Source: a virus
DNA length: 64,000 nucleotides
Reading direction: 5' to 3' (one strand)
IMG/VR virus record: IMGVR_UViG_3300030333_008666
Coordinates: 1-64,000 of that record
Positions within the stretch are counted from its first letter, which is position 1, and the number at the start of each line of letters is the position of its first letter. The position numbers were made by a program, and so were the translations under genes. The notes below the pieces were generated by a model. That model was not told where the DNA came from and did no database searches. It saw nothing but the letters and a program-made list of their open reading frames with translations. Shown piece after piece: positions 10,213 through 19,959 of the stretch.

Positions 10213-13200
10213 CTATTCTTTCCTCTTCTCGATTGAGTCTTTAATTAATGCCATGCGATTTCGCCCAACGACACCACCATTTGCAGTAATCGAAGGGGGA
10301 CGCCAATGATTTTCTTCATAGTTGAGAATGGCCTCTCTAGCGACCGATATCTGCTGAGATGTAGCTGAAAATACGTTTGTCGGCTTAAGACCTAATTTTA
10401 TGGCGGTCATGATCATAGTGTATATAGTCAGATAAGAAGGGATTGGTTTCATGTTTCCTTCAATAAAGTATTTCAGCGCGGGCTGAGCAGAAAGGCCCGC
10501 CATAAGGTCGGATTTTGCAACATTTTCCAGATAGTGGGCAACGGGCCCGTGTTCAAAATTGCCGATTGTAGAACTGGTCATAGCTAGCGTGCCCATTGGC
10601 CCTTCAGCTGGTAGCTCATAATCAAACAACGGCATTGAGTAAAGTTTGCGATGTTTTAAAATTCCGTCTTTGTCCTTTGCTTTGCATCGATAGACAAGTG
10701 CCTTTTCTTTAATCAAACTCTCGATAATGTTATCCCCGCCAAAATCAGGTACCTGGCTTGTGGAGTTAAGAAGGGCTTCTATGGAGCTTTCACTGCCATC
10801 GGGAGCAGAAGCAGGGAAGACATAAGACAAACGCATGCCATAATTCCATGGGTGACCTGTCGATTCTGTTGGTGACGCACTAAACAGAGCAGTCACCGGG
10901 ACCGCCCCCATGTTGTTGTCCACAGAAGTTTTTTCTGATCTTTTAAAAAGCCATGCCTTGCGTGCGTATGCTGCCTTAGCTCCCGATGCGTTTAATTTCT
11001 TTTTAATTTTTGCCGGCAATTTGTTGACGGGAATCCAATTGGTATAATATGCATATTCGGGTCCGCCCAGCCCCCAGGAAGATTGCTGCGCACCCGGGTC
11101 TGTTTCCAGAGCGTTAAGAAGACTTGTCACCCCACCTTTTGTTTTGTAAAATTTTCCAAATTCTGCAGATTGCCCACTGTTTTTAAATTCCTCTATCCCG
11201 TTGAGAAGATCCTTTTTCCAATCCGTGATATTTGGAGGATAATCCTCTGCAAGTGTGGCGGTGTTTGTAATCCAGGCGCCCTCGGCCGGCGAATCCCATG
11301 AGTCGAATTCTGTCCCACTAGTAACACCGAGTTCGTTTATACAGAAATACCGAGCCTCGCCGGCGACGAGCGATACGGAATTCAAATCATTGAAAACCTC
11401 CCACTGTGAAGCAACATAATCAACAGACACGTACGGTTGTGCAGCGGGGGTCTCAAACGTACGGGCAGCCAATTCGGTCAAGTACTCCTGAAAGGCTACT
11501 GGGTTTACGGCGCCCTGGAGTACATTTTTATTACCAAGCTCATCCAAGTCAATATTAGCGTCCTGTTTGCCGAATCGACCATTAACAAAAGCGGCTTTTG
11601 CGTCTAAGACTGATTTTTTCATTTCATCGTTCACTTCCCAAAGTGGCGTATTGCCGTTGTGTGCTCTTGGGTATGCTCGAATATATGTCTCTAATATAAG
11701 ACCGCCCGTTTCACTCACCATTTCCGCTGTCAAAGTACACTCTGGGCTCTTATTTCCTTCCCCTTCCGCATCAGGCAAATAGGATGCGGGAACATTGCGT
11801 ATTGGTAAAATTTCTAAAAGATCCTCAATATAGCCCTTAACTCCCGGCTCAAACGACTCGGCAGTTGTTTCATCTTCATCCTCTTCTGAGAATAAGTCGG
11901 TTAAACCTGGAGACATTATTTCAACTTGTTCGCGAAATAGAAAAGCTAGTGGATCTTCTATGTCTGCATCGGTGAGCACAGCATAATCAGCTGTTGCGAT
12001 TCGTGCGCGCACGAGGCGAGCGGCGTATTGCACAAAATCTGCGTAGTCGTTCCCCAGGCGGCGCCTTAAATTATCTTTCATTATGTCAATCATGTGTGGT
12101 TCATTGAGTGCTACGTCCGGAGAGATCTCCGAAAAAACAAACAAACCCATGAATGCGGACTCTGCAACTGTTAATTTTATCTCACTAGCAACAGTTGATT
12201 CTAAAAGGGCAAGGCTCATTGCGCGGTCGGGGCCCTGGGTTGGCTGCAAGTCGTCTCTTCTTTCTCTTATATTCACTTTCACAGAATCTGTATCAAAAAT
12301 AGAAGTAGCGGTTGGATCCGTAGGATCTGGCAGAAGTTGCAAATTTTCAAGATTCTTATAGATCGGATATACCGGCGGATTGGCCGTAAGATCACTTTCC
12401 CCCTCAGTCACAAACAAGCTCGAATTAGCAATAATCTCAGCATATGAAGCCAGGAAAGACTTCATTAGACCGCCAAAATAATGCTTTGTGTTGGCCTGCA
12501 CTGTGTTTGCAATATAATCAGAAACAATACCAGCGAGGCTCGAATCGACAGAATCGGCAGCCAATGAAGGATTCGCGACCATGGTACCAAGAAGGTTTAA
12601 GCCCAGCGCGGCAGAGAGAAACTCTTCTGGATTCTGGGCGGCTTCTCTTATGTTGTTTGAAACCACCCTTCCATCAGGAGCCTCAATAAGAAACTGGTAG
12701 CCGCCTGTTTTTAAAGATTTAATAACAAACCAATATGATAAGGCGCTTGGCACTATTGCACCAGAAGGTAGCACTGTCGGCGACATTGGCAAGCGAATAG
12801 CAATAAATGTTTGACCCTGATCGTCGGAGCGTATGTGTATGTTTTCTTCGATATTTTTAAGCTCTTGAGAAATTAATTCAATTGCCGACACCGGCTCGAT
12901 CTGTGGCTCGCCGGGTGGCTTCGGTTCCGACGCTGGGACAAATGAAATTGTGGTTTGTGCCTGCAAGAAGCTTCTTTTGAGACTTAGCACCTCCTCATCA
13001 AACCGCATGCTCACAGGGTCGTAAAATACATCAATCATGTCGTTTATTGCTTCGTTGATAGCTTCGTTGGAGTCCTTAGCATCCTCGACAGCCTCTTTCA
13101 TCGCAGTGTCGTATTCCTCTTTCTTCATCAGATTTCCGGCGCCAGCCATCAGCAGCTTCTTAAGACGATTCATTTTCTTTTCGCGCTGTCTTTCAGAAAC

Positions 13201-16200
13201 CCCCTCTAGAGTGTTAGGTGGAAAACGATCTGCCAGGATCTCTTCCAACTGCTCATTAATAATGGCGCACAAATCTTCTACAGGGCCAGGCTCGTCCGAT
13301 TCTTCCAGCGGAGTATCATCAACAACCTCACCAATGCTTATGTAAATGTCCATTACGTTGCCGGCATGAAAACCGAGTGGAAGTGATTCTTTATTATTTT
13401 CAATAGCGGTTGCTATCGCAGCTTCAGCTGCTGGCGGGGTTTCTCCGGTTAACACCTTGCAGATGTCTGCTAAGTCCAAAAACCCGAGAGATTCTGCAGT
13501 GACAGCTTGTACGGCTCTGAGTTGTGTATCTTGAACACCTTTGGCTAAGGCACTTGTCTTCTTTTTTCCAGCTAATAGAGCCTTGTCAGCAAAGCTTGGC
13601 TCTTCGCCAGCGCTCGCCGCGGCTTCAGCATCGGCATCATCCGATGCCGGTGGTGGCGGCTCATTGTATTTCGAAGGTTTATCTATCTCAGTTTGCATTG
13701 CTTCAATCGCTTCATTTTTTACGCGCTGAGCTTTTTGCAAACTGCACGCTAGGTTGTTCAGCAGTTTATTTAGCGCTTCCGAAATTTGTTCGCAGACCTG
13801 CCCTACTGCATTCATTATAGATTTTTTTGCTAGCATGATTCCAACCGACATAACTGTTTCAAGCACTGATTCTATCATGTCAGTGACTGCCGGATCAATA
13901 GTTCTGGGCATTTTGGGTGGTTTGATCAACTTAAGTGGAACTTTTGGTTTTTTAACCTTCGGTGTGTTTTTCTTTAACAAGGCGGCGAATACATCATCGC
14001 ACTTATAAGCATCCACAAGACGGCCAAAGTCAATTTGATCATAGAAATCCGCATCGGAGTTGACGCCGGGCTCGTCAAAATTAGCGGTTATTTTCCTGAT
14101 TAAGTCGTCTTTGTCGACTACTGTGCCATTTATATATCTGAGTAATTTGTTTCGAGTGTGTATACCATTCTTATCTCCACCTACTCGAAATATCTTATCC
14201 CATGGCAAATTCTCATCCAGAAGTTGGTCAAATTTATCGTTTGTTCTGAATAGCTTCCACACTTCCTCAAACCATTGTCGAGTCAGGAAGCTGTCGTAAC
14301 CTGCCAGTTTGCTTTTTTCTATCATCTTGCTTATATTTGACTGGTTGGCGCGCTCTTTGACGGCGCCGTCGTCGAATTCGGCCAATAGCCCCTCGGGAGA
14401 TTCAAACGCTTGTGTGGCATTCCAAGCCGCAACAACGTAATCTATAAGATGCTTGCCCGTGTACTTCTTCAACACAATGTCTAATTCATTGATTTCCGAT
14501 TTTGCAGTGGTCACTGCAACATCTAGTGGGTCTTTCGCCTGTTTCGAAAGATTAAAATACCACGACTCCAAAGACACCATGAGTTCGCTATGAGTCGAAA
14601 AAAGCTCTGTCCAGTCCATTCTTTTATTGTTCCACAGGTGTGTGCTACAATTCATTTGAATGTGTTGCATTAAGTTGACTATATTTGTACTGTGACTGTT
14701 TAATATGCCCGGGAATCCCCAAAGGGCACCGCCGGAATCAGCTGTCTTTGATTTTTTATCACTCGGGAAATACGTCGCTCCGAAACTCAATTCGGCTGAG
14801 TTTTTGTTGACTTCCTCAGTCATCTCTTTTCTCATCTCTGCTGCTAATTTGCGTTTTTGTTTTTTTGTAAGTTTCTTAGTCTTCCCATCGGCGCCGGCAG
14901 TATTGCTCTGAATCGTGTCAAAGTGGTTTAAAAGCTCCTTTTTGACCAGCGCTTTCCATTCTTTGACTGACAATGCGGAATCTACCGCGGTTCTTGTCAG
15001 TTCGGCATCATAAAACATTTCTCTGGGAATCTCTTTATTTTTGTTGTTTTCTCCCAATTCAACTCCGATGTTAAAGAACATCTTCATGAAATCTTTCGGG
15101 GTCATACCCAAGCCCTTTCGTGCGCCATCGATAGGCTGATCTGAATTTAGTATATAATCCCAGAAAGACCCGGAGCGCTTGCCAGTCATCCACCAAAAAT
15201 CATCAATGGTCCCCTTGTTGCTGTCAGGGTCAACACTCTCAAAATTCAAAGTCGTCTTAAGATTTTCTGGGTCTGTGAAAAGTTCCCTTGCAAAAGCGCC
15301 GTGCACGGCATCGCCATCAATAGAAGCGAAGACCGGACCTTCTGTCTTTTTCAGCTCTGGTACCTCGCAGGCTGGAAAGATTGTTGTTTTGGAAGCACCC
15401 AAAGCTGCAGCAGAGGCTGGGCGATGGAAGAAACGAATCAGGCCGTTGTCAGTTTTTTTCATTTCCGTCTTTATGTCATCGTCAAGGGCACCGTAGATTG
15501 GATTCAATGCGTCGTTGCCCAAAAACAAGTTCACCATCACACTTGTAATCGCATCGGCCTGCAAAAATGGAACTGCTTTTGTGAAATCTGCAACTTTATA
15601 GATCCCTTCTTTCTTGAGCTTGGCCCAGCGCGCATATGCCATGTGGCCCAAATGACCAACAGCCACCTTATATGCGGCCTTAAGTGTCCATTTGTCCGAA
15701 CCTCGTTCATCTTTTGGCAAGACGGGTGAATTCCACCAACTGTTCATGTCGACCTTGTAGTTCTCAGGCTTCTTTCCATTCTTTGCACTGGCGGTCACTT
15801 TAAAGGGTTTAATTCCTCGATTGGCCTCCTCGTAAATACATTTAGCGATAATTGAAATTGTAATATCTTGCGGCCAATATTTAATATACGGAGTTAACCA
15901 GTGCAGTATCTTGTCATAGTATTTTACTTGATATATTTCTTTGTTGCCTGATGTTTCTATGCCGGCGTTTGCAAAGGCGGTTTCCTGTTGAAAATTTAAT
16001 TTGGCTTCGTTTAGAAGAATCCTCTCTAGTGTTCCTTGGCCGGCAGCATTTTCAATGATCTCTCCCCCTTCGGAAATGTTCGATTTCGCGGGGTTTGTGT
16101 TCCAATATATGCCACGTTTTTTAATCAGGGGGCCCCAAAATTCCTCAAGAAGAGCTTTTTCGGGTACCAACGCCTGAAGAGAGGCGCCTAAAAGGGTTGC

Positions 16201-18954
16201 AACGCCATAGGTGTTTAGGTTTATAAACACTTCCTTCCAAATTGCAGGAGGTATCAATTCTGTTAAATTTCGCGTGCAAAGATCCTCATAAAATGCATTA
16301 TCAAATTTGTTAGATCTATAATCAAGGCTGGATAGAATTTTCTCCATGCGCCCTACAGGTAGGTGCAAACTAGCCAACACACCTGATTTGATTTTGCTAA
16401 TCTCTGAAGCCTCTAGACAGAGTTGGAATTCACTCATGTTCTGTTCGCGAATGTCCATTTTGTACTTTTCTATCATAGCAAGATAGCTGCGCAAAGTGGT
16501 GAAATCAATCTTATTGAAAATCAAAGAATAGGCTTCCTCAACTTCTGATATCTCGCTACAACCTTCTATAAAGGCCGATGTGGCCGTATCACCGATATAT
16601 TCGCGCTGATTCCGGCGCATTGCCATCACGTCAGCCCTATATTTCGGATCGATCAACTCCTTCTCAAAAGCTAAATCCGTTGCTGTCTTAACATATTTGT
16701 TGTTCAGAAATTCGCCGGAAAATTTCTCTCTTGGCTCGCGAGGCTTTTTTAGTGCAGGTTTTATTATTGGTACCGGCGCTAAAAAATTCAGCAAATAATC
16801 AATCCACAGACCATCTTCGCCGGCTAATTGCCTTGGCTGCTGCACAAGCTCTCCTGGTGCCGGTGGGCCAGTCTCAGTAAAGCTCTGCCTGATGGTTTCT
16901 GGGAGTTTCTCTGGTGTTAATTTTTCCGGACGAATCCACTGCTCGTGATAATGAATAGAAGATAAAACTTCCGTCCTCTTTAAAGTCGGATCTTTCTGAA
17001 GTACATTAAGGCCTGTTGTCAAGACTCTGCCATTAAAGTATACAGATCTAAGGGTCCACGATGCAGATTGAATGATTGCATTCTTTGATAAACTTAAATC
17101 AGTTGGTGGCTTAACCTCAAAGACAAATTCTAGTATTCCGTTGTCTGCATATATATAAGTTGGCTTCTTTTTAGCGGCTGCATCCAGGTTGTCCGTGGGT
17201 GGCGCAGCTTGGGTTTTGGCAGATTTTTCATCTTTTTCTTTGGATTGTTTCAGTGCCCAAGCTTTACGCTCTGCAAACAACTCCTGCATAAACACACTGG
17301 GTTCCTCGGCACCTGCCGCATGTTTTGTACCAGACTCTGCTTCCTTTTTTAAGAGCTTTTCCTTTTGGCTGGCTGCCGAGGGGTCTTTCTCTACCTCTCC
17401 ATCTTCAACGGATTGCTTATATGCCTCTACTTCACTGGCGCTTGGAAGGGCGACATCATTTTGGACTAAGAAGCTTCCAATGAGATTGTAGAATTTCTTT
17501 ATATGATTAGGTATTTGTTTAAGCGGATACGGGTTTTGCATGTATCCGAAATCACCAGGGACGTTATAAAATGCCTGAAGACCTGCAGCTTCGAAGCGAG
17601 AATTAACTTCTTTAATTTTTGCTGCCAAGTCTTGAAGCTCTGTGACAAACTTTATGGTCTCAAACGAACAAGTGTAATACTTAATGTCACCATCCGCGTC
17701 GTTGTAGCCCATATGCGCATTCGGTTCTCTAAACTCCCACTGCTGTAGGTCTTCGATTGGATAAGAAAACAAGAGATATAAAGGCGCACCCTCTTTCTTG
17801 ACGTCTATTTCCCAATCTTCATAATTAAGTTTAGCGGACTTTCCGGGGTCGTTGATCATTCCAGCTTTTTTCGTAGGTTTCCCCATGATATCAATATCGA
17901 TGTCTTCTTCGGGATCTGCAATTTGCGGCATCTTTTTATAATAAAAGTCTGCGAGCGCTTCCATCGCTTTGGCTCTTTCGCCCATCACCAAGAGCTTAAA
18001 ACTAGTTTCCTCGGCGGGCAATGATGTATGTTTTGTCTTAATGCTGATATAAGCCAAACCAGTAGAAGGATCGAGTATCGGCTTTCCTTCTTTAGTAAGC
18101 CACCATTCCTTTTCAAAAATTCCCGGCAACTCTTTGTGATAAAATGCACCCTCGGTAAACTTTTCAAACTCAGCCTTGGTAACGCTGCTTTTTGCTTTTT
18201 TCAGAGCAGCTAGAGAGAAAAGTTCTCCTTTTGCATCGCGAACTTGAGTACTTTGTTGCCCCTGAAAGAAAACTTTTGTGACAAACCGGGCCTGCTTGCC
18301 GAACACACCATCGACGGACATGCGACCTCTTCTGACGGGGTTATTCTTGACTTTTAGGGTAGCTGCTATGGCGGTACCATCGGGACTCTCATTAAGGAAC
18401 GTTTGCCATTTTTTAACCAATTGGCCTTTTTTCTTATATTTTAATGGCCATTGAGCAGCTGCTTTTTTCGCTGCCTGTTCTTTTGCTGCGGCTTCTTTTT
18501 TACTTTTAGCCTCTTTTTTGGCGTTTGCACTCTTTGCACTCTTTTTTCCTGTGGCTATTGCATCGGCGTTGCCGCCGGCCGTATACAGCGCTTGTTCCAT
18601 TTCTGCTTGTTTCTTTTGTGCCTCCAGATCCGCAATGTCCTCCTGCTCGTCCATCGCAGCTTCCTTTTCGGCGTTGGCATCGATATACGGGTTTTTGTGC
18701 TTTGCCTTCGAATCATCTAACCAGACACGTTTCTCGTTGGCGCGCGCGGCCTGAAAAGTTGGAGGGCTGCCGGTTGGGTCCCACTTGCTCAAATACCTAA
18801 CATAAGCTTTGATTTGCTTCGGAGAAAAACCTTCGACCACTATATTGCCTATCCCGCCGGAGTCAATCGCGAAGGATTGCTTAACCACGCCGTATTTTTC
18901 TTTTTCTTCCTTGGTTGGTTCTGGTAATGTATATTCGGACTTAAATTCGCTCAT
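10213..18954 (-). CDS. Giant 2,913-aa phage protein with an N-terminal peptidoglycan-binding-like domain; probable tail/baseplate or ejected virion protein
   Basis: Uninterrupted 8.7 kb ORF in the baseplate module. LKYKKKGQLVKKWQTFLN...VDGVFGKQAR resembles PG_binding_1. The remainder is mostly helical and unrecognised. Confidence 0.7.
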   Translation of the reverse strand: MSEFKSEYTLPEPTKEEKEKYGVVKQSFAIDSGGIGNIVVEGFSPKQIKAYVRYLSKWDPTGSPPTFQAARANEKRVWLDDSKAKHKNPYIDANAEKEAAMDEQEDIADLEAQKKQAEMEQALYTAGGNADAIATGKKSAKSANAKKEAKSKKEAAAKEQAAKKAAAQWPLKYKKKGQLVKKWQTFLNESPDGTAIAATLKVKNNPVRRGRMSVDGVFGKQARFVTKVFFQGQQSTQVRDAKGELFSLAALKKAKSSVTKAEFEKFTEGAFYHKELPGIFEKEWWLTKEGKPILDPSTGLAYISIKTKHTSLPAEETSFKLLVMGERAKAMEALADFYYKKMPQIADPEEDIDIDIMGKPTKKAGMINDPGKSAKLNYEDWEIDVKKEGAPLYLLFSYPIEDLQQWEFREPNAHMGYNDADGDIKYYTCSFETIKFVTELQDLAAKIKEVNSRFEAAGLQAFYNVPGDFGYMQNPYPLKQIPNHIKKFYNLIGSFLVQNDVALPSASEVEAYKQSVEDGEVEKDPSAASQKEKLLKKEAESGTKHAAGAEEPSVFMQELFAERKAWALKQSKEKDEKSAKTQAAPPTDNLDAAAKKKPTYIYADNGILEFVFEVKPPTDLSLSKNAIIQSASWTLRSVYFNGRVLTTGLNVLQKDPTLKRTEVLSSIHYHEQWIRPEKLTPEKLPETIRQSFTETGPPAPGELVQQPRQLAGEDGLWIDYLLNFLAPVPIIKPALKKPREPREKFSGEFLNNKYVKTATDLAFEKELIDPKYRADVMAMRRNQREYIGDTATSAFIEGCSEISEVEEAYSLIFNKIDFTTLRSYLAMIEKYKMDIREQNMSEFQLCLEASEISKIKSGVLASLHLPVGRMEKILSSLDYRSNKFDNAFYEDLCTRNLTELIPPAIWKEVFINLNTYGVATLLGASLQALVPEKALLEEFWGPLIKKRGIYWNTNPAKSNISEGGEIIENAAGQGTLERILLNEAKLNFQQETAFANAGIETSGNKEIYQVKYYDKILHWLTPYIKYWPQDITISIIAKCIYEEANRGIKPFKVTASAKNGKKPENYKVDMNSWWNSPVLPKDERGSDKWTLKAAYKVAVGHLGHMAYARWAKLKKEGIYKVADFTKAVPFLQADAITSVMVNLFLGNDALNPIYGALDDDIKTEMKKTDNGLIRFFHRPASAAALGASKTTIFPACEVPELKKTEGPVFASIDGDAVHGAFARELFTDPENLKTTLNFESVDPDSNKGTIDDFWWMTGKRSGSFWDYILNSDQPIDGARKGLGMTPKDFMKMFFNIGVELGENNKNKEIPREMFYDAELTRTAVDSALSVKEWKALVKKELLNHFDTIQSNTAGADGKTKKLTKKQKRKLAAEMRKEMTEEVNKNSAELSFGATYFPSDKKSKTADSGGALWGFPGILNSHSTNIVNLMQHIQMNCSTHLWNNKRMDWTELFSTHSELMVSLESWYFNLSKQAKDPLDVAVTTAKSEINELDIVLKKYTGKHLIDYVVAAWNATQAFESPEGLLAEFDDGAVKERANQSNISKMIEKSKLAGYDSFLTRQWFEEVWKLFRTNDKFDQLLDENLPWDKIFRVGGDKNGIHTRNKLLRYINGTVVDKDDLIRKITANFDEPGVNSDADFYDQIDFGRLVDAYKCDDVFAALLKKNTPKVKKPKVPLKLIKPPKMPRTIDPAVTDMIESVLETVMSVGIMLAKKSIMNAVGQVCEQISEALNKLLNNLACSLQKAQRVKNEAIEAMQTEIDKPSKYNEPPPPASDDADAEAAASAGEEPSFADKALLAGKKKTSALAKGVQDTQLRAVQAVTAESLGFLDLADICKVLTGETPPAAEAAIATAIENNKESLPLGFHAGNVMDIYISIGEVVDDTPLEESDEPGPVEDLCAIINEQLEEILADRFPPNTLEGVSERQREKKMNRLKKLLMAGAGNLMKKEEYDTAMKEAVEDAKDSNEAINEAINDMIDVFYDPVSMRFDEEVLSLKRSFLQAQTTISFVPASEPKPPGEPQIEPVSAIELISQELKNIEENIHIRSDDQGQTFIAIRLPMSPTVLPSGAIVPSALSYWFVIKSLKTGGYQFLIEAPDGRVVSNNIREAAQNPEEFLSAALGLNLLGTMVANPSLAADSVDSSLAGIVSDYIANTVQANTKHYFGGLMKSFLASYAEIIANSSLFVTEGESDLTANPPVYPIYKNLENLQLLPDPTDPTATSIFDTDSVKVNIRERRDDLQPTQGPDRAMSLALLESTVASEIKLTVAESAFMGLFVFSEISPDVALNEPHMIDIMKDNLRRRLGNDYADFVQYAARLVRARIATADYAVLTDADIEDPLAFLFREQVEIMSPGLTDLFSEEDEDETTAESFEPGVKGYIEDLLEILPIRNVPASYLPDAEGEGNKSPECTLTAEMVSETGGLILETYIRAYPRAHNGNTPLWEVNDEMKKSVLDAKAAFVNGRFGKQDANIDLDELGNKNVLQGAVNPVAFQEYLTELAARTFETPAAQPYVSVDYVASQWEVFNDLNSVSLVAGEARYFCINELGVTSGTEFDSWDSPAEGAWITNTATLAEDYPPNITDWKKDLLNGIEEFKNSGQSAEFGKFYKTKGGVTSLLNALETDPGAQQSSWGLGGPEYAYYTNWIPVNKLPAKIKKKLNASGAKAAYARKAWLFKRSEKTSVDNNMGAVPVTALFSASPTESTGHPWNYGMRLSYVFPASAPDGSESSIEALLNSTSQVPDFGGDNIIESLIKEKALVYRCKAKDKDGILKHRKLYSMPLFDYELPAEGPMGTLAMTSSTIGNFEHGPVAHYLENVAKSDLMAGLSAQPALKYFIEGNMKPIPSYLTIYTMIMTAIKLGLKPTNVFSATSQQISVAREAILNYEENHWRPPSITANGGVVGRNRMALIKDSIEKRKE

Positions 18955-18963
18955 GATAAACCT

Positions 18964-19959
18964 TTAATTCGTGTTGTTCCATTGGCTGTTGAACCAATCT
19001 GCACCAGTATTCTCACAGTGGTTTAATTTAAAATTTCCCACCTTTTCTTTTAGTTTTGTACAGTCCATTTGGGTTTTCCTAACAAGATCAGAGTACGGCT
19101 TTGGTATGCCGGTCAACAGATCCGTCGACGGACTCGTGGGTGCACCCTTATTCCCAACATGAGTGTGCGACTGGACATACTTGTTTATTTGATTCTGATA
19201 AGTTACCAATCCAAACACTACACCGGACAAGGCGGAGACTGTATCTGCCAGCGCTTTCAGTGTTTTAGCCAGAGACTTCCCTTTCACTAGCGGCTGTAAA
19301 TCTTGATCATCGTTTCCTGCAATTAAGTCAATTCCAACACAACTGGTTACAGGGCCACCCTGTGAGTTCTTTTCATCTGTTCTCGTTATTAACTTAATGC
19401 CTTCTCTTGCGATTATTCTCACATTGTCGGCCTTAACAGCAACTGCTGATTTTGCAACTGCGTTTCCAACACTCCCTGTCGCTAGAAAAAAATTATTGTC
19501 GACATCTGTCTTCTGACTTATGTATATGCGAGCAGCATCAGCGTCAAAATTTCGGTCGACCCAAGCTGGCTCAGTCATATTGCTGGTTAATTCGGCAGAC
19601 CCCAACCCAACAACAAGGTCAAGAGCAGAGGCGCCAGTATCGCCCAACCCACCGTAGCCGCTAGCTCGGTGCGAAGGTCGGTCCCTTCCCATGATAACAT
19701 GCGTATCGTTCGCCGAAGAGAGCCTCTTTTCATTTGGCAGATCAATGAAGTTAACAATGCCTTCAATGCGCGCTGCGCCGGCGACGCCTTCCATGTGCGT
19801 CTTGGATAGGGGGTCTAAACCCTCAAGGCGGCGCCTAGTTTCGGGATCAACACCCTCAACATCGACTGCTTTTTTTGTAAAGCGAACCCCACTATCTTCT
19901 AGTGCTTTTTTGGCGCCCTCTGCCTGTTGTCTCTCGTTATAATCTCTCTCGTCGCTCAT
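18964..19959 (-). CDS. Baseplate spike-like protein (gpV/gp138-type C-terminus), 331 aa
   Basis: Short beta-strand repeats (AVAVKADNVRIIAREGIKLIT) and an HxH metal-binding apex motif (SHTHVGN). Directly downstream of the gp5-like hub gene. Confidence 0.6.
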   Translation of the reverse strand: MSDERDYNERQQAEGAKKALEDSGVRFTKKAVDVEGVDPETRRRLEGLDPLSKTHMEGVAGAARIEGIVNFIDLPNEKRLSSANDTHVIMGRDRPSHRASGYGGLGDTGASALDLVVGLGSAELTSNMTEPAWVDRNFDADAARIYISQKTDVDNNFFLATGSVGNAVAKSAVAVKADNVRIIAREGIKLITRTDEKNSQGGPVTSCVGIDLIAGNDDQDLQPLVKGKSLAKTLKALADTVSALSGVVFGLVTYQNQINKYVQSHTHVGNKGAPTSPSTDLLTGIPKPYSDLVRKTQMDCTKLKEKVGNFKLNHCENTGADWFNSQWNNTN

